Shown: in pieces, positions 53,750-64,000 of the stretch
Numbering within the stretch: position 1 is the first letter of the stretch
Layout: each line of letters opens with the position of its first letter
Virus record (IMG/VR): IMGVR_UViG_3300035661_000009
Location: 1-64,000 of that record
Direction: 5' to 3' (one strand)
DNA: 64,000 nt
Source: a virus
Made by a program: the position numbers and the translations under genes
The notes under the pieces: generated by a model
What the model was told of the DNA's origin: nothing
Database searches by the model: none
What the model saw: the letters and a program-made list of their open reading frames with translations, nothing else

Positions 53750-56700
53750 CTAGCTCCTACCATTATTAACATCATCTTGAGATCCCCAAACCCAAACCTC
53801 ATCCGAAAGTTTAGCGCCAGTCGGCCCATTCCCATAGTTACCTAATCCTACGTCATTTGGGTAGGCGATATGCTTCTTTACTATAACACCAGCAGCGGAT
53901 ATGTAGTCAATTGTGTTACCAGCGGCAATCCGCCCTGCAACGCTATCAGTTAGGTACATACTTCCGGCAGTTGGGGTAGTTGGGGCATATGGAGTATTTT
54001 GTACAATTAATGCCACTGACCCAGTTAAGATTGTATTCGGGAAGGAATAAGTTCCGTCTAGAATAATGCCAGTAGTGGTTTTAGCTAAATACGGAATAGC
54101 TATCGTTTGTGTCGATAATCCGAAGTTAAACAAGACATATCCAGCGCTTGGAAGGTTAGTGGGAATTGAATTAAACAGCACCGTCCTATACAACTTCCCA
54201 GCATCTAATTGCTGATTTAATGTCATGCTTAACGAAGTTAATGACGGGCTAATTTTAGGATTAAATACATAGGGTCCTATTGGTTTAGTGTCTTTAGCTG
54301 ATTTAAACTGCGTTACTTTAGCCGTTACGGTGGTTCCATTGCTATCTGTAAAAGAAGTCAATATGGGAGTTATTGAGGCGAATTCTGTGGTTAATAACGT
54401 ATCTGCGTAAAAGTGAGTTCCAGTAAGTACAGTTACTTGGGCGATTGAGTTAACGCCGCCAGAGGTGGTAGCTGTCTTCAAAGTATCGAATACCGAGCCG
54501 ACGACTGCCCCAGTCTCTCCAATAAACAAGTTTTTGGTGTTTAGCAATGTAACTGTATTGCCAGAAGCTGTTTGGATAGTGCCATTTTTTATTAATATCT
54601 GATATTTAGGATCAAACTTAATATATGTATTTACGGGTGAAGCCCCGCCACCGTTTACGCCAATTACCTTACCATCAGCATCGAGACAATATGCCATTTT
54701 GTAGACTAAATAAGAAGAAAGGCCAGACCAAGCAGTTCCCCAAACATTGCTGCTTACGTTAAAATATTCTACGTTTGTATAAGCCATTGGAGTTGTATTT
54801 TGTTTACCGCCAATAACTACCACCGTTCCGTCTGGGCCCATTGAATTATCTAGGTAAGTAAAGGCGTTGGCTGGAAGGGTCTTACCCCCCATCAATATCC
54901 ATATCCCGACATTTAAATCGTAGATATAATACGCAGTATTCATTGAACCAATTGAACCGCCAGTAGTAAATAATCCACCACCACAGAAGACATTACCGTT
55001 ATTTAACGTAACTACAGCAGCCCCTTTAAGACCAAAAGGCAAAGCCATTAAAGTTGTCCACGTATTTAATGTAGAATTATAGACTTCCGTCGATGTATTG
55101 CCAACGGCAAAGATTCTTCCATCTTTGAGTTTAGTTGCAAATGACTCGCTCTTGGCGGTAGCCATCGAAGCCGCAGCTACCCAAACATTTAACAATGGAT
55201 TGTAGATTTCGCAGGCAGAAATTTGGGTTCCGGCTCCAGTTTCTCCACCCAAAACCATTATATTGCCGTTATTTAGCATAACGATTTCGTGCAGTCTTCT
55301 TGCTGTAATCATTGAAGTCGCAGCAGAGTATGTATTAGTGCTTGGATCGAAGATATAGACCTGTGCCGTTTCGGTTCCGCTTATAGTTCCGCCAGTAATT
55401 AAGACCCGGCCATCGGTCATTTTAATGGTTTTGTAGTCTGTCGCTAAGTTATTGGCCGTCAGAGTCTTATTCTGGTTAATTAAACTAATTGTATCAGCCA
55501 AAAAACCTTCAAACTTAACAAAATCGCCGTTAACTAGATTATTTGCAGCCGTCTTTACGTATAATCTACCATTTATGTCTCTAAATGTTTGATATACATA
55601 TCCAGCAGCTACCGTAGAGCCAATATTGGCTCCCGTATTCGGAATTGTAAACTGAGTTGTAGAAATTTGCGTCACCTGCCCAGTGATTTTGATGTTTTCT
55701 GTCGCCGTAGTAAGCATCACACACACAAAATCGCCGGTAGCTATAGTATTCACCAAAGAAGTATTTACGGTAAGGACGTTTGTCGTCCTGCTAACTGTAG
55801 TTATTGGCAACTTACTTGGCAAGGCATAACTTACTTCATGTAAATAAGCTGCGCCGCCGACTGTTCTGCTAATGGCATTTGTAGTAGCTGATAAATATAC
55901 GTCTACAAAATTATCGGAGGTTTGGGCAGCAAATACTTTATGAGTATTGTTGTTGATAGTTCTCACGGTTTGAGCATAAAACTCTAAATCATTATTTGCT
56001 AATTGAGTAAAGGTTTGATTAACTCCGTAAAGATTGTCTATTTCAAAGTATTGGGTGGTCGTAGATGTGTAATTGACAGCAGTTACTGGAAAAGTTCCTC
56101 TGTTCAACGCAGATACGGGCGAGCCGTAGATAGTTACATAATTACCAACAGTAAGGTTTTGTAACCCAGGATCCGTTCCAGCACCAGAATAGGTAAATCT
56201 TACCTTCCCACTCTTTAAAAAGGGAGTTACTGAAGGAGAGGAGACCTGAACCTGCCACTGTGTAGTGACTGCCTGTGTAGTGGCCACCAAGGTAGGAAAT
56301 TTAAGCTTTTGTTGTGCCGACCCACCACCACAACTAACTGCTCCACGAAGCCCCAGAGCGCCGCTATAGACCTTCACAACGCTACCAGTAAGAGTAGAAT
56401 ATGAAGTAGCGAAAGCCTTTAATCCGGATAGCTCAAAATATCTAGTAATTACAGCAGCTACCTCAGCAGCTGTCGCCGCTCCATAAGAGTTAAAATCGTT
56501 TTGGGCGAAGACTATATTAACTACTGCACCGTCTATATTTATGGTAAGGCTGTCACCATCTTGTATATTGTATGGCTGAGTTAAATTTGATGTAACGTTC
56601 GCTCTAGCTGAGTCATCTCCGTAAAAAATATCTAGTACGTTCAGAAATGATTGGTAAGTTACCTTCTCATAGTTAAGTTCTGTTACTAGTTTTCTAAACA

Positions 56701-57304
56701 ACGGATCTGACATTCCAGTATTTACTGGTCTTATTAAACCTAAATTGCTAGCATTTCTATCTAAATACTTACCATTACTTGAGTTGATGGTCAATTGATT
56801 GAACGCCAACTGGGCTAAAGACGATAAGTTAGCGTCGCCCACAGCCAAAGCCTCCAGTAAAGCATCGACGGCTTTGCCCTTGATAGGTTTTGGAACGTAA
56901 GTACGAAGAATATTCTTGCTAGTAGGAGATACGGCACCTTGAGAAATAGAGGCGATTGAATTAAAACCAGAAACAGAGAATTGAGCAGAAATTGACCCCG
57001 TTAATACCCCGCCGCCGCTTGTCTGGATATTAATTACAGATACTAACCAAGCCCCATTAGCAAGCGGGACGTTAGTATTTAATACAAACCCCTGAGGGTC
57101 GCCAATTACTGGAGAAACAGACAAAACACTAGCTGTAGCTGGGCCAGTAAGTGAATAATTGTTTGGATTTAAGGCATCGTTAACGCCAACGCTTGAAGCT
57201 GCCAATGGATCTTGGCTAAAGCGTACAGAAACTTGAGTAGCTTGTTTTGCGCTAGCTTGCAGTAAGAATAAATTGCTTCCTGTAAATAAGCTACTTGTTG
57301 ACAT
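53750..57304 (-). CDS. Baseplate wedge protein with Kelch beta-propeller insertion
   Basis: GKYLD...GLIRP...MSDPLFR wedge motif; repeated DGRVLITGG / NGNIMVLGG...YNP..N.W Kelch units. Confidence 0.7.
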   Translation of the reverse strand: MSTSSLFTGSNLFLLQASAKQATQVSVRFSQDPLAASSVGVNDALNPNNYSLTGPATASVLSVSPVIGDPQGFVLNTNVPLANGAWLVSVINIQTSGGGVLTGSISAQFSVSGFNSIASISQGAVSPTSKNILRTYVPKPIKGKAVDALLEALAVGDANLSSLAQLAFNQLTINSSNGKYLDRNASNLGLIRPVNTGMSDPLFRKLVTELNYEKVTYQSFLNVLDIFYGDDSARANVTSNLTQPYNIQDGDSLTINIDGAVVNIVFAQNDFNSYGAATAAEVAAVITRYFELSGLKAFATSYSTLTGSVVKVYSGALGLRGAVSCGGGSAQQKLKFPTLVATTQAVTTQWQVQVSSPSVTPFLKSGKVRFTYSGAGTDPGLQNLTVGNYVTIYGSPVSALNRGTFPVTAVNYTSTTTQYFEIDNLYGVNQTFTQLANNDLEFYAQTVRTINNNTHKVFAAQTSDNFVDVYLSATTNAISRTVGGAAYLHEVSYALPSKLPITTVSRTTNVLTVNTSLVNTIATGDFVCVMLTTATENIKITGQVTQISTTQFTIPNTGANIGSTVAAGYVYQTFRDINGRLYVKTAANNLVNGDFVKFEGFLADTISLINQNKTLTANNLATDYKTIKMTDGRVLITGGTISGTETAQVYIFDPSTNTYSAATSMITARRLHEIVMLNNGNIMVLGGETGAGTQISACEIYNPLLNVWVAAASMATAKSESFATKLKDGRIFAVGNTSTEVYNSTLNTWTTLMALPFGLKGAAVVTLNNGNVFCGGGLFTTGGSIGSMNTAYYIYDLNVGIWILMGGKTLPANAFTYLDNSMGPDGTVVVIGGKQNTTPMAYTNVEYFNVSSNVWGTAWSGLSSYLVYKMAYCLDADGKVIGVNGGGASPVNTYIKFDPKYQILIKNGTIQTASGNTVTLLNTKNLFIGETGAVVGSVFDTLKTATTSGGVNSIAQVTVLTGTHFYADTLLTTEFASITPILTSFTDSNGTTVTAKVTQFKSAKDTKPIGPYVFNPKISPSLTSLSMTLNQQLDAGKLYRTVLFNSIPTNLPSAGYVLFNFGLSTQTIAIPYLAKTTTGIILDGTYSFPNTILTGSVALIVQNTPYAPTTPTAGSMYLTDSVAGRIAAGNTIDYISAAGVIVKKHIAYPNDVGLGNYGNGPTGAKLSDEVWVWGSQDDVNNGRS

Positions 57305-58263
57305 TAGACTATAATTCCTTGGAAGTCTCGGATGTTAGACGCGGTTACCGTATATGAGGTTCCAAGCGTCTGGTGACTTGTCGTTAATCTAAAGATTGAA
57401 TCGGAGATTTGAGTACATGCCGTTACAATAAGCCCGTTATTAATTGAGTAATTATTTATATTCAAGCCATCAAGTTTATTAATTGGCTTATTAAAATATA
57501 CGTCAATAGTTCTGGCATCTACAGTTCTTGTAATTGCAATAACTGGAGAAGTCGCCACTCCTGTAAAGGTTCCATTAAATGGACCAGTAAATACTGCGCC
57601 ACCCACGTTTGCAAACCAAGACTGAGGTAAAAACAAGGTGTATGTCGTTCCGTTAGCTTGCCAACTAGTTGAAAGAACTACCGTATTCCCAACTACCGTT
57701 ACTGAATATATATAGACGCTTGCATTGTTTGGATCAATTATAAGATATTTACTAGCAATTAAGGCATCTTGTAATAATACTGGAGCAGAGTCAAAAGTCA
57801 ATGTAACTATATTAGCTCCACCCACAATACTCAAAAGATGGATTGAAGAGGCTGAAGGTGCTGTAAACGGAGCCGTTCCAAAATTAACACGGCTTCCTGC
57901 GTCAAATACAGTGTTGTTCGCTATTGTTAAAGTATACGTTCCAGAGGTGAACGTCCCGCTTACCGTCAATACTATATTTGGTGAGCCGCCGCCGGACCAA
58001 GTAACTCCAGTAACGGTTAATACCGATGGACCAGAAATAGAATAATTTCCAGGTGTCGTATTAACCGACGTTAATGGAGTAAAAAAAGATACTAGAACCG
58101 AGGTACTGCTTGTAGCAACAGCTACATATTGCAATCCAGGAGAAAAGAAGACCGCATCCGCCATTCCTACAACTGGGTAGACATTTCCAATAAATGGAGT
58201 GTCAGACCCCTGAGCGGTGGTGCCGAATGGCACTATACCGTCATTTGCTTGTAAATTAGCCAT
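57304..58263 (-). CDS. Virion protein with three Ig-like repeats
   Basis: Repeated V.V.F......N..NY.I....V......L.TS....G..YT.T units. Confidence 0.65.
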   Translation of the reverse strand: MANLQANDGIVPFGTTAQGSDTPFIGNVYPVVGMADAVFFSPGLQYVAVATSSTSVLVSFFTPLTSVNTTPGNYSISGPSVLTVTGVTWSGGGSPNIVLTVSGTFTSGTYTLTIANNTVFDAGSRVNFGTAPFTAPSASSIHLLSIVGGANIVTLTFDSAPVLLQDALIASKYLIIDPNNASVYIYSVTVVGNTVVLSTSWQANGTTYTLFLPQSWFANVGGAVFTGPFNGTFTGVATSPVIAITRTVDARTIDVYFNKPINKLDGLNINNYSINNGLIVTACTQISDSIFRLTTSHQTLGTSYTVTASNIRDFQGIIV

Positions 58264-58264
58264 G

Positions 58265-59344
58265 TTACATACCTATATTTACGGGCATTGGGATAAGCAT
58301 ATCTGCCGCTAGCACCTGAGTAGGAGATGTAGTGTTGGGCCAAGAACCTCCAACAGTGCCGCCACCCCACCATAAATCGGTTCCACGACCGCGCCATCCT
58401 GTATATACTGTAGATACTGAATCTCCGGCACATCCAGCGATATAAACAGGTAGTGCGATGTAATTGCTTGTCGCATTATCAAAAGAGCCTAGCCCTGCGA
58501 AGTAGGTGGTGCTACTCCCCCAACTTAATACAGATCCTGCGCTTGTTTGTGACTGTGTATCTACGCTATTTGAATAATCTCTACTTTGATTAAAGCCGTT
58601 ATTGCCTATAGTTGCGACAGTGCTGACTGACCCCGAACCTCTTCCTGAGTTGGTCATATCAGAAATAGACCAAATTGGGTGTGTATCTCCAGTTCTGGTT
58701 TCTGTAGTTAAAAATAAACAGAAAAGAGTATTAAACCATCCAACACCTACTCGATTGCACAAGTAATTGAACGCGCCGGTAGAGTTAATAGAAAAATGAC
58801 TTTGATGGCTTCCTGATACAGTAAGATCGTTTACATAAGTTCTGGTGTTTGTATTTGCAAAAGCCGTTCCCGTACAACTAACACCTTTTGTTTGTGTTGG
58901 AGCGTTTGTCGTAGTGCCGCCAGTAGGTGCCGTTCTTGACCAATATATATGACCTGTGGTAACCGTCGCCGAATTTAGATTTATAGTTAAGTATACCGGA
59001 CCTAAAGCGGCCGGTGATTGCAGTGTAATCCAACAGTGCGACGTTCCTTCTGCCGCAGACTTGTTAGCCAATGCCAAGAAAGTCGTAAAAGTTGTTGTCC
59101 ATAGATCTGTTGCGGTTCCGACCCCACCAAGAGATGTCGTAGTTCCGTTGCTGCTCCCCCAAACACCCCAAGTGTTTGTAGAGTCTCTAACTACGCCACC
59201 AGTTGTTCCAGTAGAAATAGTGGCCAATAGATGAGACTTTAATGACCAAAACCATGAATAAGCGATATTATTAGCTGTTGTAACATCTGGAAATGGAGCA
59301 TTGCCTCTACCTGACCACGTTCCTGTTAGTGAAGGAGAACTCAT
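58265..59344 (-). CDS. Putative tail/baseplate-associated structural protein
   Basis: 359 aa, T/G/S/W-rich; GAGGA RBS; tail operon. Confidence 0.55.
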   Translation of the reverse strand: MSSPSLTGTWSGRGNAPFPDVTTANNIAYSWFWSLKSHLLATISTGTTGGVVRDSTNTWGVWGSSNGTTTSLGGVGTATDLWTTTFTTFLALANKSAAEGTSHCWITLQSPAALGPVYLTINLNSATVTTGHIYWSRTAPTGGTTTNAPTQTKGVSCTGTAFANTNTRTYVNDLTVSGSHQSHFSINSTGAFNYLCNRVGVGWFNTLFCLFLTTETRTGDTHPIWSISDMTNSGRGSGSVSTVATIGNNGFNQSRDYSNSVDTQSQTSAGSVLSWGSSTTYFAGLGSFDNATSNYIALPVYIAGCAGDSVSTVYTGWRGRGTDLWWGGGTVGGSWPNTTSPTQVLAADMLIPMPVNIGM

Positions 59345-59352
59345 TTAATCCT

Positions 59353-62300
59353 CTAGTTTAAGATGGAAATAGCTATGTCAGTAGCTAGATCTAAGATTGT
59401 TGCTTTTTCGTTTGCTTGAATAGTAATCAAATCATTGCCGCTTGAATACTGAGGATAAGTGATTGTCACCGACATAACCCCACCAACTTTCGATGCAGCA
59501 TTAACTATGTCAGATATTGCAATGCTTTGGCCTACTGGATATGAATTAATAGTTCCAGCGATCGAAGATCTGACCTTACTTAATACCGTATCTGTGGCGA
59601 CTCCGGTTCTTAACCTCAATTCTAGAGAAACTTGAATTCGCTTAATTAGCGGGCCCGAAATGTCGATCAATGCAGGAGTGCAGGCCACGCCGGGATAGTT
59701 AGCTGGATCGTTTTCATCGCCATAAACTATCTTATGAACTTCGCCAAGTAGCCCGTTATTATAACTATAGCCATCTAACCCAGCCTTGCTTGAAGACGGG
59801 AAAGCAAGTTTATCTACAGCATAAATAGTCGAATTAACGCTAGAGTTAATCTTGCTGATATAGCCAGTTAATCCCATATTTGAAGCCCCATAAACTCGGC
59901 TGTAGCCAGTCAATACTGGATCTTTGATAATTGAATTAATTATAGAATAAGCAAAGAATGGGTTAGCCTCAGTCACTTTAGTGTAAATGTAATTAGTACC
60001 CAAAGCTGTAGCTGCAATTGGAGACATACTTCCAGTTACATAAAAGGTGTTAATATACCCAATTCCATTCCCCTTAACTCTTCTACTTACAGTAAATGTT
60101 CCGTTATTTGCCGTTCCTAAGACATTCGATCCAACCGTAAATGTGTCTCCAACATCAACGCTATCGTAAGTTGCGACTCTGAACCAAGCAAGAGTTCCGG
60201 AAACTTGTTCTTGAACGCCATTTGGATTATATACCCAGACCGTACTATTAGCAGAGTCTACGCCAACAACGTTAAAAGTGCCTACATTTACTTGACTAAA
60301 TCCAACTCCAGATGGGTTTTCTATTATAAGTAAGTCACCGGGTCTGGCCGATGAATAATCTAACTTACTTCCGGTAGTTTCGACGTATCCACAAAAGTTT
60401 CCTTGCTTAATAACTTCCCAACTTCTTGATGTAAGCCCATCAACACTTTCCGCTCTTGGAGTAATTACGTTCCCGGAGAAAGTAATTAACCATTCATTTG
60501 CATTACTTCCAGCAGAAACAGCGACAGTGGTGGCTCCAGTCAATCCTAAGGTCTTAGTAGTCCTGTTTTGGTTTACAATCTTTATAGGCATTCTTCCAGC
60601 AAACCCAGCAAGCTGAGAAGTTAAGGCATTAAACACAAACCCTTGCCCAAGGCTGAACCCCAAGTCAGTAGCCCCACCAAACACCAAGGCAGAACTTGCA
60701 TTCCCATTTCCACCAGTAACTTGAATATTAGCGCTGCTTCCAGAAGTGCTTGAAAGGATTTCTATCTTTCCACCATCAGTGCTTGGTAATATTGAAGTAT
60801 TTGCAGAAATGCCTGAAGAAGCTGGATTAGACAAGAATGAAACAAAGTTAGTTGCTGTTTTAGGAATTAAATTCATTACTTCATTGTTGAAGTCAGCGTT
60901 GGCAGTTAATTCACCGCTAACCGCGTTCTTTAATGAAATATTACTTGCGACGTTACTGATTACAGTATTTTTGACAAAGTTAATGCCGTCGAAAAGATCG
61001 AAGTATGGTAAGCAGGCTGGAGTTCCGATGTTCCCGTTCAATGTCGCATTGTTAGTCTTATATAACCATTCGTCTAATGTCGCTGTTCCAATAGTCGCCG
61101 CACCGGTTCCGTTGACAACGGTGGCTTGAACTATATCAGTCAAAGCATTAACCGTAGAAGCAATAGTAGAAGCTGCTGTCGCAGTAACTGGAAAGAATCG
61201 CATATTTGTAATGCTTCCCAGTTTGAATATATTACTACCCGCATAGTTTCTAGAAATTTCAGCTAAGAAAGTAAATCCAGTGCTTGTCGGGGAAGTTAAC
61301 TTAACGCTACCCAGTAAGTTAGTGGGAACGAACGTGGAAAAATTGACGATATCTCCGGAAACCACAGGCGTGGCCCCTCCAGTTAAAGCAGGAGAGCTTG
61401 CAGTTGATTGGAAGTATTGGACTAACGTACTGACCGTTCCGCCAGCCGGTTCTGTATAGGTGAATGTCCCAGCACCGATTGAAGTAATTATCTTTGCTCC
61501 AGCGGTAAAATTAGTTTCCCCTGGGGTGCAATAAACAACATCACCTACTTGATATGGGCAAGAATTTATCAATGCGGTTTGTGCCCAAGTCGCTGTTACT
61601 GTAGTTCCGGTCTTCGATAATGAACCAATGGCGACTGGTGTTCGATATTGCTGTACGGTTGTTTTATATGCGGCTCCAGTAGATACTTTTAATAAAGTGC
61701 TTACGGCTGTTGAAACAAGATCTGGAGTAGTTTTTGCCCAGCTAACCGTAGTTCCAGTTACTGCCGTTAATGCGACCGCTCCTAATCCGGTACTATTCGC
61801 TCCAACGTTATATGTATAAAAATAAGGTATATACACAATATCGCCAATAGAGAAGGGGTGACTTCCAATTGTAGCGGTAACAACATTGCTAGTTACTTGA
61901 ATATTGGTTACAGTGTATGAACTACCCGTATCTACGTAAAGCAAAGCGTAGTTTAGAGTTACGTTACTTGACCCAGTAAAAGTATTTGTGCTTGTATAAG
62001 TAAAGCTACTTGAAGTAGTACCGGTTATGGTATACGTACCAGAGATGAATCGAGTAGTGCCTGATGTATCATTATTAAGTAGAGTTATGTTATCGCCAAT
62101 ACTTAAGTTATGTAGATAGGTTAACGTAGAAGGAACAAAACTTACAGTAACCGTCGTACCTACGCTATTAACTAACCCAGCAATTACTGAATAAGTTGGA
62201 ATTTGAGTAACTAACCAATACTGACTACCATCTAGTCCTAATCCGGTTCTTTCTGTTCCAGAAGGTAAGGTAACATCTATTGAAGCCTTAGCATATGAAC

Positions 62301-63999
62301 TAGTTCCGGTTCCAGATATTTGATTTTGCGTAAACGCATATGGATTGCCAGAGGTTACTGAGATCGCTTGATTGGGCGCTGTTGGGTTAACATATCTTAC
62401 CTTAGCCCATTCGCCTTCTGGACCTGCTCTACCAAATCTCCATAATAGAGTTTGATTAGTAGTTAATGAATGGCTCTTGCCGCGAGCCTTCATATAAAGG
62501 GCGAAGTCATTGAACAATGAAGTCGTTCCCCAGTTGGTAAATAACGAAGCTCCGGTGCCATTTTCTCTTACTTCAAATGCAGTAGCTCCGTAAGCTGCTC
62601 CAGCTAGCGGAGTGATTTTTCTAAATAAGGGGATGTTATAGTTCTTGTTAAGCGGGTCGCTATCTAAAATTACATTAATTCCATCTTCAGCGCCTAATAC
62701 GAAGGTATTAAGCCCTTGAATTAGGTCTCCAACTTCTGGGGTCCTTGTTCTAGCATTGGTTTCAGTTGTAGCAACACCTGATGTAATATCAGTAAGAACT
62801 CGACGATCTTCACTTGCATTTCCGTATTTATTATTGGCTCCGTTCAGTGTCTTCTGAAATTGTAGAATGTTGCCGGTATTGAAGTAATTAGCGTAAAAAT
62901 CGACTATAGAGGCCGTTTTAGGGGAGAAATTGACCGTATTTGACGTAGATCCGGCAATTACAGAGGTCATTAAGAACCTAGGAGTTCCGGCCTCTGAGTT
63001 ACCTGATTCTATAATAGCTAAGTGATTAGGAGAGAAAACATCTGAGCTAATAGGTAATTGTAGGTTTTGAGCAACAGTATTTGCTGTAACTAGCGTAATA
63101 TCGCCACTTAAATATGAATTTGACGATACTCGGAAATATTTAGTTCTGTATACTTCAGCTAATCCACCGACTAACTGTGTATTAAATGAAGTAGCCAATG
63201 AAGTTAATGAAGGAGCGGACCCAGCGACCACAGTAACTACTTGTGGTTGCGTAGTTGATCTAACGAACCCCAATCCTTGACTTGAAGGAAGGATTGGCCC
63301 TTCTGCGACAACGGCAGCGTTTTCTACAGTGAAGTAATCTCCAGTAACTACTTCAGTAATTCTAAATACACCAGTATTGGCGGCGTTAAATGCCGGATCC
63401 CAGATTATGGCCCAGTCACCTTTTTGAAGCTTAGTTCCAATTAATCCAGAAGCGACAGTATATCGAGCTAGTCCCGCTGCGGGGTTAGTTACAGTAACTC
63501 CAGTTGATGTAGATATATTGGGGCTTAGTAACGTAGCAGATCCATCGATAGTAAACCACCATTTAGCTGTTCCGACTAATCCAGTCGCAATTGATGAAGC
63601 GAATGCTGGAGTTTGAAGATAAGCCTTAGTATTAGGGCTGGCTACAACTAAGTTGTCGAATTGAACTAACGGATTGTTTAATTTAATTTGACCAGTATTA
63701 CGATTAAGAGTAAAATCGTTGTTTAGACCGGTAGATACGGCTCCAGCTACAAACATTGTTTTTGAAGTTAATGTCCCACCAACTATTTCGATCTTACTTC
63801 TTGAATTGCCGGTTAAGTTACTTACGATTTCTAATCTACCATTTCTGGCATATACCGTAACTCCAGCTATCTTTGAGCTAAGTACGGTAGCCCACGAAGC
63901 TAATGAGTTTTGATAACCGACGGTTGTATATCCGGTATTCAATGAAGTAAAATCTGAGTTATTTACAACAATCGTCTGTAGCGAAGTTCCGTCAACCTT
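59353..63999 (-). CDS. Very large baseplate J-like protein (5' end outside window)
   Basis: Frame open to window edge (KVDGTSLQ...); C-terminus YPGV..TPALI...INSYPVGQSIAISDIV.AASKVGGV.SV is typical of baseplate J. Confidence 0.75.
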   Translation of the reverse strand, partial: KVDGTSLQTIVVNNSDFTSLNTGYTTVGYQNSLASWATVLSSKIAGVTVYARNGRLEIVSNLTGNSRSKIEIVGGTLTSKTMFVAGAVSTGLNNDFTLNRNTGQIKLNNPLVQFDNLVVASPNTKAYLQTPAFASSIATGLVGTAKWWFTIDGSATLLSPNISTSTGVTVTNPAAGLARYTVASGLIGTKLQKGDWAIIWDPAFNAANTGVFRITEVVTGDYFTVENAAVVAEGPILPSSQGLGFVRSTTQPQVVTVVAGSAPSLTSLATSFNTQLVGGLAEVYRTKYFRVSSNSYLSGDITLVTANTVAQNLQLPISSDVFSPNHLAIIESGNSEAGTPRFLMTSVIAGSTSNTVNFSPKTASIVDFYANYFNTGNILQFQKTLNGANNKYGNASEDRRVLTDITSGVATTETNARTRTPEVGDLIQGLNTFVLGAEDGINVILDSDPLNKNYNIPLFRKITPLAGAAYGATAFEVRENGTGASLFTNWGTTSLFNDFALYMKARGKSHSLTTNQTLLWRFGRAGPEGEWAKVRYVNPTAPNQAISVTSGNPYAFTQNQISGTGTSSYAKASIDVTLPSGTERTGLGLDGSQYWLVTQIPTYSVIAGLVNSVGTTVTVSFVPSTLTYLHNLSIGDNITLLNNDTSGTTRFISGTYTITGTTSSSFTYTSTNTFTGSSNVTLNYALLYVDTGSSYTVTNIQVTSNVVTATIGSHPFSIGDIVYIPYFYTYNVGANSTGLGAVALTAVTGTTVSWAKTTPDLVSTAVSTLLKVSTGAAYKTTVQQYRTPVAIGSLSKTGTTVTATWAQTALINSCPYQVGDVVYCTPGETNFTAGAKIITSIGAGTFTYTEPAGGTVSTLVQYFQSTASSPALTGGATPVVSGDIVNFSTFVPTNLLGSVKLTSPTSTGFTFLAEISRNYAGSNIFKLGSITNMRFFPVTATAASTIASTVNALTDIVQATVVNGTGAATIGTATLDEWLYKTNNATLNGNIGTPACLPYFDLFDGINFVKNTVISNVASNISLKNAVSGELTANADFNNEVMNLIPKTATNFVSFLSNPASSGISANTSILPSTDGGKIEILSSTSGSSANIQVTGGNGNASSALVFGGATDLGFSLGQGFVFNALTSQLAGFAGRMPIKIVNQNRTTKTLGLTGATTVAVSAGSNANEWLITFSGNVITPRAESVDGLTSRSWEVIKQGNFCGYVETTGSKLDYSSARPGDLLIIENPSGVGFSQVNVGTFNVVGVDSANSTVWVYNPNGVQEQVSGTLAWFRVATYDSVDVGDTFTVGSNVLGTANNGTFTVSRRVKGNGIGYINTFYVTGSMSPIAATALGTNYIYTKVTEANPFFAYSIINSIIKDPVLTGYSRVYGASNMGLTGYISKINSSVNSTIYAVDKLAFPSSSKAGLDGYSYNNGLLGEVHKIVYGDENDPANYPGVACTPALIDISGPLIKRIQVSLELRLRTGVATDTVLSKVRSSIAGTINSYPVGQSIAISDIVNAASKVGGVMSVTITYPQYSSGNDLITIQANEKATILDLATDIAISILN

Positions 64000-64000
64000 A

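Noticed and set aside
1150-63913. Many short ORF-track entries antisense to or nested in long genes (e.g. 1150-1353, 5430-5906, 6717-8216, 51141-52983)
   Set aside because: Shadow ORFs of well-supported genes; no RBS or motifs noted.
1-64000. Stop-codon reassignment, tRNA or rRNA genes, integrase, reverse transcriptase/DGR
   Set aside because: TAA, TAG and TGA all end genes and coding density is high under code 11; no such genes recognised by eye (tRNAscan not run).
1-64000. Specific host or phage family assignment
   Set aside because: Head genes look Herelleviridae-like while envelope proteins hint at a diderm host; cannot be resolved without searches.

Overview
This window is 64 kb of a large, AT-rich, lytic-type tailed dsDNA phage, probably a myovirus, using the standard genetic code. 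It has three blocks. (1) 1-24.3 kb, minus strand: a Herelleviridae-like head and packaging module (neck, decoration, major capsid, scaffold, prohead protease, portal, terminase). A nucleotide-metabolism cassette (GuaB-family, ThyX, dNMP kinase) interrupts it, and sbcD, groES, a sigma factor and an SF2 helicase lie upstream. (2) 24.7-51 kb, plus strand: replication, recombination and proteostasis genes (HTH initiator candidate, GroEL, SbcC, Endo VII, class II RNR, DnaE, SSB, UvsY-like, RecA, primase, DnaB, ClpP, peptide deformylase). (3) 51-64 kb, minus strand: baseplate and tail-fibre genes. A repeat-rich putative origin sits at the divergence point, and four inteins are present. The best candidate for a new system is a set of predicted capsid-packaged effectors: a prohead protease that carries a copy of the capsid N-terminal arm and is fused to a HipA/PI4K-like kinase, followed by an unknown gene and a degenerate GGDEF protein, plus a lysozyme-like/zincin protein. 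The protease, GGDEF and lysozyme-like proteins bear the same putative L-x-K-[S/A/G] maturation sites as the capsid proteins. Also notable: a decoration-like gene that needs a +1 frameshift, a possible split sigma factor with its own promoter motif, a class 3 intein in GroEL, and a possible new one-piece spanin. All calls come from reading motifs by eye; no searches were run.
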